Below are positions 1 to 11,047 of a stretch of 64,000 nucleotides of DNA, piece by piece (positions within the stretch are counted from its first letter, which is position 1; every line of letters begins with the position of its first letter). A model generated the notes under the pieces. It saw only the letters and a list, made by a program, of their open reading frames with translations. It was not told the DNA's origin and ran no database searches. Position numbers and translations under genes: made by a program. The DNA comes from Lepidodermella squamata (taxonomy: Eukaryota > Animalia > Gastrotricha): contig JBLDXI010000023.1 of the NCBI GenBank assembly GCA_047495785.1, positions 434,001 through 498,000 on the forward strand. The letters are read 5' to 3'.

Positions 1-997
1 GAGGTGATGGGTTACTCCCCGAAGGTTTTACTGTTGTTTTTCTTACTCAGCATAGTTAATTCATTAATCAAATGATCTTGGTAGATGCTCTACAGACCTG
101 AGCCAGTCTCAGAAGATCTTGCAATGGATGAGTGAGGTTAAACCTAAAAGGGATGCGTAACATGAACATCCAACATCTTGCAAAGGACGTTCATGAGATG
201 TGAAAACACTAATTAACCATCTATTTCTACGAAATCAACAAATCTAAGTAAGAAAAGCAGTAGTAAAAGCTTTTAAAAGTCGCCATTCGCCCTCAAGGAG
301 TAACATCTAGAGCGTCTTCCCTCATGGTACCTGTGAATAGTGACGACAATGCATGAGATCAGCATAATTAATTTTTTTTCGATTTATTTGCTTTTCTCAT
401 GCTGTAGTTATCAATTCGACCATGCTGAGCACGAATTTACCATGCCCCGACCCCGTGGACGTGTCCTTGGTTGAGATAATGGAACCCCAAAGGTCAGGCG
501 ACGCGGCGCCCGGCGACCGGAATTTTTGAATTTCCCCGCAAACGCGTCGCCATGGAAAATATTTAAATTTTAATTAATAAGAATTTGATTTAGTAATTAA
601 CTAAGAGTTTAAAAATGTTTTCGTATTTTAAATTAAATTGCGTTCAAAATCAGAAAGCGCTCTATTTGTTTTTTGGCATTTTTGACACTGCGGATTTGAC
701 GTATTCGAAATCTGGCATTTTTCGCTCGAGTAGTTTTTTATTCTCTATCTAATGACACTAAGCACTTGGCTACCCAGTGAGTAGAAGTATACTTTTTAAG
801 CATGCCGCCGAATACAAAGGAAAATTCAAATTTAGCCGTTGAGGACCTTCGTCGTTTAGTAATATAGATGGTTCTCGAATTGGGAATCCAAGCTCCTTAA
901 TCGATTTCATTGAAGGCATTTTAATTTTCTCCGTTATTGAGAAGTCCTATCGCCCATTTCAGCAGGCAAGTGGGAAATCTCAATTATCACAGAGGTG

Positions 998-1068
998 AGG
1001 GGGACCCTTTAGTCATATAATTGAAGCCCGAGAATACCCCATAGTTCGAGGATCCTACTTCGCGCATT
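998..1068 (+). repeat. Dispersed repeat end (about 70 bp; other copies near 21045-21112 and 61717-61785)
   Basis: GGGGGACCCTTT.GTC...GAAAATACCCC.TAGTTCGAG.AT.CTACTTCGCGCA is seen three times. Probably a MITE terminus. Confidence 0.7.
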
Positions 1069-1144
1069 GTTCCTTCCTTTGTGTCTGAATATAGATGGTC
1101 TGTTGAGATCCTCTTTTCTGTAATGATTGTACAGCTAAACACGA

Positions 1145-1290
1145 ACATGCGAATACAATAGCGTAGGTAATGCTTGCGTAATGTGAGTTGACATATTACT
1201 GAATAAATTCCTCACGATAAAAAAACTAGTTGGCGTGCCTGTTGGCTAACCACGCACGACAAAGCCGTGTTAGAATCGCGTTATTTATTG
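1145..1290 (+). promoter_or_regulatory. Conserved upstream block shared by the ANK paralogs (copy 1 instance)
   Basis: The pattern AATAGCGTAAC..TTGA..A(C)ATTCC..GCTGAAAAA..TTGGCAT..ACGCACG..TTTATTGCT recurs near 5090-5225, 19010-19145, 23820-23960, 35560-35660, 41097-41220 and 51710-51860, and partly before copies 3 and 4. Confidence 0.65.
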
Positions 1291-1380
1291 CTCCTTGCTG
1301 ATATCTGGAAAATTTTACAGTCGGCTTTGTTTCGAGTGAATTTCAGCAATTTCAAACCTCTCTGTGTGCTCTGGTTAACT

Positions 1381-4300
1381 ATGAAATTGATATTTCTACT
1401 TTTTGTGGAAATATGTTTCATGGGTACGTTAATTGCTGCTAGGCAAATCGACTACGACAGCGTAAGACCTGAATACTCCTTAACTCATCCAAAATCAGTT
1501 TTTCGTTCAGGCTTTCAACCAAGCAATTGTATCGGGTCAAATTGCGACGGTTCGGCAAATGTTAAATTCCGGCCTGGCTACCGCGAATTCTGCGACCAGT
1601 CGATGGAGTTTTCGATGGGGATACTCAGGCCCAGCTATCGTGGCTGCTGTTCGAACAAATCAAAGCTACGAAATGGTTGAATTGTTACTTGAAAGCGGCG
1701 CAAATACTGAGGCGAAAGATGATGGTTACGATTTTAGCTCATTGAAAACCCCATTCCTATGGGCTGCGAGACTTGGCAGGCTGGATCTAGTGAGACTTCT
1801 CGTCGAAAAGTACAAAGCTAAAACTGATACTCGAGATAACATAAGGCAGACGGCGTTGATGGTTGCCTTGGACGGCCCGATCACCCAAGACTATCTTCGA
1901 CTAATCTACTATTTGTTACCATTCGAATCGCCTAATTCCAGAAACAGTGACGGACAAACCGCCCTTCATATACTATGCCGAGTCACAACAACGGATCCAC
2001 TGCCTTTCGCCAAATTGCTTCTCGAGCATTTCAAAATGGATGTAAATGCGCGTGATTCCCTTGGCAACACGCCGCTGCTAATTGCGGCCAGAACTGGCAA
2101 TTCTACCACTTTACTCCAGTACTTGATCGACCACGGAGCCGATCCACAGGCGAAGAATAACGAAGGCGAAAATATGTTGCTTCAAGCTTGTCAAATCAAC
2201 AAGGCCGCGTTGAGCCATATTGATTTTATCAAGTTTGCGATTGAAGTAGGTGGAAATGACGTTAATTCAAGATCGAGAGCTGCAGCTTGCGGCTATTACC
2301 TTCAATTGACTCCCGCTGGGCCACAGATTGACGACTGGGATCTCGTCGATATTATGCAGTACTTGGTTAGTAAAGGCTATGATGTCAACGTTAAGGATAG
2401 TTCTTCGGGTTTCACCGATTTAATGTCTGCAGCGTTGAATAACCGGGAGCATACTCTGGTGGCTCTACTTGATCTGGGTGCTGATGCGAATGCTACGAAT
2501 GACCTTGGCTCCACTGCGATGGACATTGCACGGAACAATGGAGATACAATTAGCATTGCCAATTTAAGAAGGCGAGGTGCTGCTTTAGGCAGGGAATTGG
2601 TTATCGGATCATCGACCAAGCGCGTGACTCAGACATCAACAAGTCCTGCCACAACTCCGGTGACTGCCATTTCAACCAATTATTTGCCATTAACGCCCAG
2701 CGATGAGACGATCGACGATGGATTGCAGCGGATGTTTGGAGCTATTTTCAAGGCGAGATCAACAACAGCGGGGAAGTCCAGCACTACTACAAGACTTGCC
2801 AGGAAACTCGTGCGGAACGAAACACAAGATGAGCTGAATTCGGTAAGTTATGGTGGATTTCGCGCCAAAAACATTAGGATGATCGGGAGTAGATTCCTAG
2901 AATATTGGTTTCTGAGCACCGCTCGCCTCTTCTCTCTCATTTGCTACCAATTACATTTTGTGATTGCGGCCTTCCCGGCACTAGCTTTCAAATACGCTCG
3001 CTCTCGAATCTAACGGAAAGATGAATGCTGAGAGTTAGCAAGCCAAGGCCTCCGCGTTCTTCCGTGGAGCTTTGATGATATTTTCAGGCTAACCCAAAGA
3101 ATCAAATTTTGAAGCAACTTCTAGAGTCTCGACGTGCAAACAAGTTCCACAGACCTAGCTTATGTGGTATGTGGTTACTCCACTGGTCTTCAGTTAGAAC
3201 TTCTCACTTCTAATAGAATAAATATTCGCACATAGTCCACTATTACCTTCAATCTTGAGATGAACCAATTGGTTGTAATCAGCTTTTAACCTTTTGGCAG
3301 AAATTTGTTGGCTATGTAACGACTGGGAACATTACTGCTGTTCGCGAAATGATTCGGCTCAATCAATCACGCGGGGACGCGCTTTTAATGAAACACCACG
3401 TTGACTACACAACCGGAGTATGCACAGACTTGAAATGGGATGAACCCATCCCAGCGGTGGCTGCTGCTTTAAGCGTCAAAAACACTCCGTCGGAAATGCT
3501 CCAAATTCTACTGGAAAACGACGGCGACGCAAATTCAATTCACCCTAATCTTGAGAAATCAGCTCTAATGCTTGCCCTGGAACAAGATCGCCTTGATCTG
3601 GTTCAATTGCTCGTCCGATTCGGAGCAGACGTTGATTTGGAAACTAATGGAAGAACGGCAATACTCGACGCTTCGTCAAAGAATCTTGAGATTGCTAGGT
3701 TCCTATTATCACAGGGGGCTTCTAAATACGTTGATCAAATCCTCTTTGAGGCTTGTCGAATCTCTAAATTTCCTGCTCTTCCAATGGTGAAATTCGCAAT
3801 CGAGGAGGCTGGAAATTCTGTTTCCAACAAGGATAACGAAAGCAGGAATGCTCTCGCAGTCGCAGCCATGTACCTGAAATCGCCAGATCGCGTTCAGGTC
3901 TACGAATATCTTCTTTCAAAAGGGGCTGATGTTCAACCCAGGATAAATTCGGCTGGATACCAAAACTATACGTTGCTACTTCTAGCTGCACGCGTCGGTA
4001 ACTTTGAATTGGCAAGATTCCTTGTCAAAACTGCCGGTGTAAGCCTTGAGGATCGCGAATCAACTGGACAAACTCCGTTAATGATCGCAGTTTCTAGAAA
4101 CAATGGCAAAACTATTGTTGATCTACTCGTCGACTCGGGCGCGGATGTAACGGCCGTTGATGAAGGTGGCAATAGCGCCTTTCTGTTGGCTTGTAAAAAC
4201 GACGACAAGACTCTCACGCGAGCGAGACGATTCACAAACTTCACAGGGGTGGATGTGAATTCGCAGAACAAATACAATGACACGTGCCTCACGCTGATTC

Positions 4301-4689
4301 GAAACAACTACGAGTTCAACGGTTTTGCCAAACGTCTCGTCCAGAACGGTTACGATATCAATCGTAAACTGCGAAGGGGAGATACTGTTTTGCATACCAT
4401 CGCAGCTCAGGGCACTGCGAACAATGTTAAAGAATTGATTGAAGCTGGATCTGATATAAATGTATTAAATGACGATGGCTACAACCCGTTAGATTTCGCA
4501 CTGCTTTACCGGAATTCGCGTACAGCAGATGCGCTGAGAAAAGCTGGAGCCGTTACAGCTAAACCAGCAATGTTGTTTTTGACAACTAAAGCGGTTCGTT
4601 CTACCACGAAAACTGCGATACAATGGAAAAGGACGACGATCGTTACCAATAATGCTAGGATGACAACAGAAGCAAATGTCAATGATTAG
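1381..4689 (+). CDS. Secreted ankyrin-repeat protein, array copy 1 (3 exons, about 933 aa)
   Basis: Exons 1381-1461 (MKLIFLLFVEICFMGTLIAARQIDYDS, hydrophobic signal peptide), 1511-2842 (ANK module A + S/T linker, ends DELNS|GTAAGT) and 3301-4689 (GGCAG|KFVGYV..., ANK module B). Both introns are GT-AG, phase 0, at the same positions as in the paralogs. Many GxTPLxxAA...LLxxGADxN ankyrin motifs. AATAAA at 4718. Confidence 0.88.
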
Positions 4690-4759
4690 GACGATGAGTC
4701 AATAATCCGAATCATTAAATAAATAGGTATGTGAAATAAAAAGGACCTATGAAAAAGGA

Positions 4760-4810
4760 CATGAAAATATATTGCCCCCCTAGATAGCATGGGGGCAATA
4801 TATTTTCATG
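4760..4810. repeat. Perfect 20-bp hairpin downstream of copy 1
   Basis: CATGAAAATATATTGCCCCC - 11 nt - GGGGGCAATATATTTTCATG. Confidence 0.8.
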
Positions 4811-5320
4811 CTCTAATGTCATTCATATGTGCCTATAGCGCCGGCCGGCGGAGGGCCTATATAAATAAAACTACGACATGCTAAAAAGGACCTAAAATGA
4901 TGGTTACGTGAAATGATTTATTTGACTATGCCATTGTGTACTATAGGGATTAAGGGAAATCTAGAGTTTCATCGCATTGTATTTTTGTATGGATTTTCAA
5001 CATGAGAATCTAAGAAGTTCAGATTTTTGGTTGAAATTTCAGTTCACCACATTATTTGGTGATTATCGTGTTTGGCTCATCAGTTAAGAATGATGCCATA
5101 CAAAGCAGCAGCGTGAATTGAACAATCGCAGAAAAACATTCTTTAAGCTGAAAAAACTAGTTGGCATACCTGCCTAAGGCTAAGCACGCACGGCAATGGA
5201 GTGCAATAGTCGTTTTTATTGCCTTATGATACCTAGAGAGCTTAAAAGTCGGCGTTGTTTCAAGGGAAGTATAGATATTTCAAACCCATCACAGAGTGTT
5301 CGAACCAGTTTTGAAGTGCT

Positions 5321-8300
5321 ATGAAATCGATTCATCTATTGTTTCTGCAAATATATTTTACGGCTGCAGAGAAGCCAACAAAGACTAATGACGGCCCACA
5401 TAATGTCAACTACGACAGCGTAAGACTTCTGAAATCTCTCAATTCCAACTCAGTTATTTTGTTCAGGCATTCAACCAAGCCGTCGAGTCAGGCCGAATCA
5501 CAATAGCTCGGCAGCTATTGAAATCTGGCCTTGTTAACGCAGATTCATCTTTCTTCTTTTACCCGGAACACCAACCATTTATCGTAAATGCAATTAGGAC
5601 GAATCAGAGCTACGAAATGGTCGACTTCTTACTACAAAACGGCGCAAATGTGGAGGCAAGAAATTGGGGCTACAATGATTCGAAGAATGCATTTCTCATG
5701 GCTGCTAGAGTAGGCAGGCTGGATTTAGCGAGACTTCTCGTTGAGAACTACAAAGCTAAAACAGACGTTCGAGCTGAGAAACGTCAAACAGCGTTGATGG
5801 TTGCCTTCGACGGCCCGGTAACACCAGATCATCTTCGGCTAGTTTACTATCTCTTACCATTCGAATCGCCCGATTATAGAAACAGGCATGGGAAAACTGC
5901 TCTTCATATACTTTGCCGAGTGACAACGACTGATCCGGTACCTTTTGCTAAATTACTTGTGGAAAAGTTCAAAATGGACGTGAATGCGAGCGATAACGAC
6001 GGCAACACGCCGTTGCTAATTGCGACCAGAACCGGCTATTCTATAGCTCTACTTCAGTACTTGATCGACCGAGGCGCCGACCCACAGACGAGAAACAACG
6101 AAGGCGAAAACATGCTGCTTCAAGCTTGTCGAATCGATCGTACGTTGGATTACATGGCCTTTATAAAGTTCGCAATTGAGGTTGGCGGTAATGACGTGAA
6201 TTCGAGGACGGAATCGGCCAGCTGCCTTTATCACCTCATGTGGCGTAATTGGCCTTATTCATTGCGTGAAAGGGAACTCCTCGAAAGTATGCGTTACTTA
6301 GTTAGCAAAGGCTTTGATTTCAACGCTAAGGATGACAATTCGGGCTATACCCCTCTAATGTCTACAGCAGCTTCGCGCTATCAAAGACAAACTCTTGTTA
6401 CCCTGCTGGATATGGGTGTTGATGTGAACGCGACGAATGACAAGGGCGAGACTGCTTTGGACATTGCAATAGCGATGAGGGAAACAATCAGCATCGGGAA
6501 TTTGAGAAGACGAGGCGCAGCTTTTGGCAGCGAATTAGGCATTGGATCATCGATTAGACGCGTAACGCTAGCGACTCTGACATCACCGAGTCCACTATAC
6601 GCGATTTCGACGGCTGCTATTGCCGCTACCAACAGGTTTCCGTTAACGCCCAGTGATGAGGATATCGATGCAGGTTTGCAGCCTATTGTTGGAGCAATTT
6701 TCAAGGCTAGATCAACTGTGGCCAAGAGATCCAGTACTGCAAGCTTTACTGCTGAGCGAAGACAGACGACAGCAAACGACAAGTCATCGTTCAATGAGCG
6801 CAACTTGGTAGGCCAAATCACTTAAATATAATGCAATATCAGCCAATGACACAATGAGCAGGGTTCAATTGTCATTACATTGCGGACTAGACCCTCCTTT
6901 CAAGCTCTCCTTTCATCTTCACTATCAAGGCTTAGATCCAAGCGTCGTGAAAGGAATTAATGCCGACTTAATTTATTAAGGCCAATCAATGCTTTGACAA
7001 TATAAATCAATCTGAATTATAACGCATGCCCATTGCGGAACGACATTGCCATCAACCATCGCTGTGTCATTGGCTGAGATACGCACTCGCATGGTAAACT
7101 TATCATCTGAGCGTTCGGTTTTAATCTAACAAATTAGGATTGGGGATTGGCAGTAAAAAAGCCATAAGCCCCAAAGCCTTAATAATGTGGATTTTGAATT
7201 GCGCGAAAAAGTAGTGTTTCTAGTTGAGACTTCCCCGGAAATTTTCAAAAGACGAGGAACAAATTCAGAAATTCCCAAAGCAATGTCGCAATATCAAAGC
7301 GGTGGAAAGCAATTGAGCAATATGTTATTGTCCTCAATGGCTTTCCACCCCAAGAACAAAAAGTTTCCGTCAAAACTCAGTAAGAACTGATTTCACATCA
7401 AATCTGTTCATTAAATGCCATGCTTCGGGTAATGTTTCGGGTCAAATTTCGAGCAGGGTTTAATTGCATCTATTTTTTCATTTTTCCGCAGAGATTTTTT
7501 GGTTATATAAAAGCTGGAAACGTAACTGCTGTTCGCCAAATGATACTATTCAATGAAGCCCGCGGAGATGCTCTTCTAATGGAATATCAGCAGTGGGAGT
7601 ATTTCGACCATTGCCGGGATCTTGGTTTCGACCAACCCATACCAGCTGTGGCTGTTGCTTTAAGCCAGAAAAACTGTTCGCTGCAACTGCTACAAGTTCT
7701 ACTCGACAAAGAAGGCGACGCAAATGCAATTCATCCAAATTCTATGAAATCCGCTCTTATGCTCGCCATCCAAAGGAATCGCCTTGATCTGATTGAATTG
7801 CTCTTCCAATACGGAGCAGATGTTGATTTGGAAGTGGATGGAAGAACGGCGATACTCGACGCTTCGTCCAAGAATCTTCAGATTGCTAGATTCCTATTAT
7901 CACAGGGAGCTTCTAAGTACGTTGATCGAATCGTTCTTGAGGCTTGTCGGATCTCCTCAATGCCTGCTCTACCCTTGGTGAATTTCACAATCGAGGAAGC
8001 TGGGAATTCTGTTTCCGACACGGATGCTGAAGGCAGGAATCCGCTAGCAGTCGCGGCTATGCACTTGAAATCGCCAGATCGACTTCAAGTCTACGAATAC
8101 CTGCTATCGAAAGGTGCTGATGTTAATAATATTATAAATTCGGCTGGATACCAAAACTATACATTGCTACATCACGCTGCATGTGTAAATGACTTCTTAT
8201 TGGCGAGATTTCTTATCAAAACTGCTGGCATCGGCCTTGAAGATCGGGAATCAACTGGCAAAACTCCATTGATGATTGCGGCTAGTTACAACGCGAGAGA

Positions 8301-8895
8301 AGTTGTCGATCTGCTCGTCGATTCGGGTGCAAATGTAACGGCTGTTGACAATGATGGAAACAATCCCTTTTTGTTGGCTTGCGCCAATGGTGACTCTAGA
8401 CTAATTCTCGCTACACGATTTGCAAACTTCGAAGGGGTGAATGTCAATTCGCAGAACAACAACAACGACACGTGTCTCACCGTAATTCGAGAGTACGCCG
8501 CGTTCAATGGTCTTGCCAAGTTTCTTGTCCGGAAAGGTTACGATATCAACCGAAAACTGCGAAGGGGAGATACTTTATTGCACATGCTCGTAGTTCGGGA
8601 TCCGGAGATACTCGGAAGGGCCTCGAGATTCATGGTGGCTCAAAATACTGCCCGGAATATTAAAGAGTCGATCGAAGCCGGAGCCGAAGTTAATGCGCTG
8701 AGTGACGATGGCTATACTCCGGTTGATTTGGCTTTGCTATTCCAAAATGAGGAGGGTGAAGATTTGCTGAGAGAAGGTGATGCTGTTTCAGCTAAACCGG
8801 AAATGTTGCGTGTGACACGAGAGAACATTAATGTTTTCACGATTACTGTGGCCAGTGACTACGTGTGGGGTTATGATCGAGCCGATATTGAATAG
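5321..8895 (+). CDS. Secreted ankyrin-repeat protein, array copy 2 (3 exons, about 947 aa)
   Basis: Exons 5321-5419 (MKSIHLLFLQIYFTAA...NYDS), 5467-6807 and 7492-8895. GT-AG phase-0 introns. Frames match ORFs 5518 and 7420. Confidence 0.86.
6839..7077. mobile_element. MITE-like element in intron 2 of copy 2
   Basis: Perfect 15-bp inverted termini TCAGCCAATGACACA / TGTGTCATTGGCTGA. Confidence 0.6.
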
Positions 8896-9094
8896 ATTCT
8901 TCAGCCAGACGTTACCAGACGTTTCGGCATACACCTTCTTAGAATTCTTTGTTTTTTTTACTAATTTTGTGAAAGGTTTTCTTTTCATAAAGATGAATGG
9001 CGGATGATTTTTAACTCTATTGTTAACTACGAATCTTTTGGAAAAAGTAGGATCATCGACTGTGGGGGTGGGTAAGGAATACTCTTTGCCTGCT

Positions 9095-9280
9095 CTTCAA
9101 CACCGGAATCTGCGGCCCATTTACGATGAAAATTCTGACACTGTGGAAGAAACGTGGTTCGTGAAATGTGAAATGCCGGATATTAGCTTAGCCCTGCTGG
9201 GATCGCTCGGGGCCATTCAGATGATGCTGTTTATCTACACGCTGATGATTGCATTTCAACTAAAACAACTTCGAGGCGTA
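9095..9280 (+). pseudogene. Class C GPCR ECL2-TM5-like fragment, opposite in orientation to the adjacent VFT fragment
   Basis: RPIYDENSDTVEETWFVKCEMPDISLALLGSLGAIQMMLFIYTLMIAFQLKQL: a loop Cys, then a hydrophobic helix ending AFQLK, like the GABA-B LAYETK/R motif. Confidence 0.45.
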
Positions 9281-9309
9281 TGTGAGCATTGCCATGAGTT
9301 TACGGCTTA

Positions 9310-9870
9310 TGTGAGCCTCACAAAGAAATCGCGGGACGATTGTCGAGCTGAAGCTTGTGATAACGAGAATCCTCAAGCCTGTTTGCTTCAGACTCGCAAT
9401 CACCTCGAAATCAGACGCTGCTTCATCGATCAGGTTGAATATTGGAACTTCACAGTGCTCCGAGTACGGGGGGGAAGGGGGGTAAACAAACCCCCCTGGC
9501 GTTCGAAAATTTCTGAAAAACGTAAGGGTCCCCCCTGTTGATTTGCTAATTTTGGGCTCAAAATGGGTCTATTTACCCCCCTCAGAGCCTGACCTAGTCG
9601 GATCACTGGAACTTCAACCCCGGCTGCTAGTGCTCTGTCATTGAAAACATCCCGGTCCTAATATCATTACTGTATATGGCTGTTGTGAGCGAGGCGACCT
9701 TTTTCCATCTACCGACTCGCTGTATGAACGTTAGAATTGCCATGGCAGTTGTTCTTGATGTTGCCTGTGTGAGTAACACATTCGGGTACAAATTTCTATC
9801 GGTCAACTGCTGGGGGAAGCTGAGATATGCTGATATCACGGATTTCCGCATAATGCCAGTCATGCTTGGA
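9310..9870 (-). pseudogene. Class C GPCR (GABA-B-like) Venus-flytrap domain fragment
   Basis: SAYLSFPQQLTDRNLYPNVLLTQATSRTTAMAILTFIQRVGRWKKVASL, then after a frameshift and a MITE, ALAAGVEVPIFNLIDEAASDFEVIASLKQTGLRILVITSFSSTIVPRFLCEAH. This resembles the ANF-receptor/VFT motifs L-S-x-R-x-x-F/Y-P, WKKIA and LKxxDARII...FCE. Confidence 0.65.
9453..9608. mobile_element. hAT-type MITE (156 bp)
   Basis: TIRs CAGTGCTCCGAGTA / TAGTCGGATCACTG (12 of 14 match). Perfect 8-bp TSD GAACTTCA at 9445-9452 and 9609-9616. Confidence 0.9.
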
Positions 9871-11047
9871 TTTATATTTCAAAATCGATGCATGGAAAAT
9901 GAACCGACATCACTCTCACTATCGCATTTCGCCAGACTGCTCGTGATTGCAGCCCGAGAGCATAAAAGCAACAGATTCGGAAAACGGCGTAGTAACTCAG
10001 GCATTGATCGAGCAACTCGTGAGCAACATCGTCAGGCAGCGCGAGAATGCACAGTGCACAAATGGCTGACCACGCGAAATAAGCTGAAATGTCCTGGAAC
10101 TGATTCCTGGCACATTTTCCGGCCCGCCGGTGTTTCCTCCGCGCGCACGCTCCTATTCGGTGGCGCTTGTTGCGCAACATAATATAAAAAGGTCATGTTA
10201 TTATTTTCCTCTTCGAAATGTCGTATACCGTTCCCAGTTTTGATGAGGGCGAAGGTAGGCGAAGGTAGGCGAAGGTTATCAAATTGATCAAAATTTGAAT
10301 TTTTTAATAAATAATATGTTTGATTTTGCGTTCTCCCTGTGTCAACTCATGTGCGTTGACATGAACTGTTGACATGACTGTTGACGTTTAATTACTCGGT
10401 GATTGGGGCTCGGCGGCGAAACCGAAAATTATATCCGATGAGTGAACTCGAAGCGGCCTGTAATAACCACATGAAGACGTGCGTGAAATTCTAAAGGCAA
10501 TTTGCCACCCGAACATCGCCCGATGCTACGCCAAAGAAGATTTCGAAGCCAAGGTTTTGGCTCCGTTGACGCCGAAATACCAACTTTCAATGAGAAAAGA
10601 CACATCTAGAGTGTAATCGGATAGTCTAATAAATGTTGATAATTGATCATTTTGTTTTATATTAAACATCAATCCTGCGCGTTTTGTTGCTGGGAGTTCC
10701 ACGTTAGGCCGACGGTGTGTAATATGTTTAAGCGCTGCTTTTCTGAAATTCGCGTTCATGAAATTTTCTGCCGAGCTATTACCACCACGACTGCCATCAT
10801 AAAAAAACTGATGAATATAGTTATATATTATAATGCTATCCACATGACAGAAGCGGATGATGAAGGCGACGAACTGGTACCTAACAAATTATTGCTGGCA
10901 TGCCTAATGGCGAGCACACAAAACATTGACGTGTCTTCCATGTCATATGTACACACGTTGTTACTTCATTGACTGGTTATTACTGGTTTTACTCTACCAG
11001 TAAAAAGCAAAAGCTTTCTTCGTAGTCAAGTTCAATTTATAATAAAG

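Noticed and set aside
8-306. Weak inverted termini (GTTACTCC...GGAGTAAC) suggesting a MITE; similar weak cases near 18550-18920 and 23288-23590
   Set aside because: Too degenerate and without a clear TSD, so not listed as features.
2563-2580. LRRRG/LRKRG as a conserved furin site after module A
   Set aside because: It lacks a P4 Arg and occupies the normal LxxxGA position of an ankyrin helix. It is absent in copy 8. A dibasic cleavage cannot be excluded but is unsupported.
2377-2619. Recurrent antisense ORFs over the ANK exons (also 6381-6821, 21562-22023, 38445-39065, 62554-63168 and others)
   Set aside because: Shadow frames that recur only because the sense strand is conserved. They have no independent motifs.
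1559-4689. Treating the A and B ORFs as separate genes, or as a bacterial/endosymbiont (Wolbachia-like) ankyrin operon
   Set aside because: Conserved GT-AG junctions, signal-peptide micro-exons, eukaryotic LINEs and the read-through in copy 4 show spliced eukaryotic genes. The ORF ends and TTG/GTG starts in the track fall within introns or mid-exon.
9020-9541. 173-aa ORF as a real membrane protein
   Set aside because: Chimera of a GPCR TM-like fragment, the antisense of a VFT fragment and a MITE.
10247-10277. (GGCGAAGGTA)3 and other short tandem duplications (32900-32975, 60280-60305, 61931-61960)
   Set aside because: Ordinary slippage repeats with no spacer structure, so not CRISPR-like.
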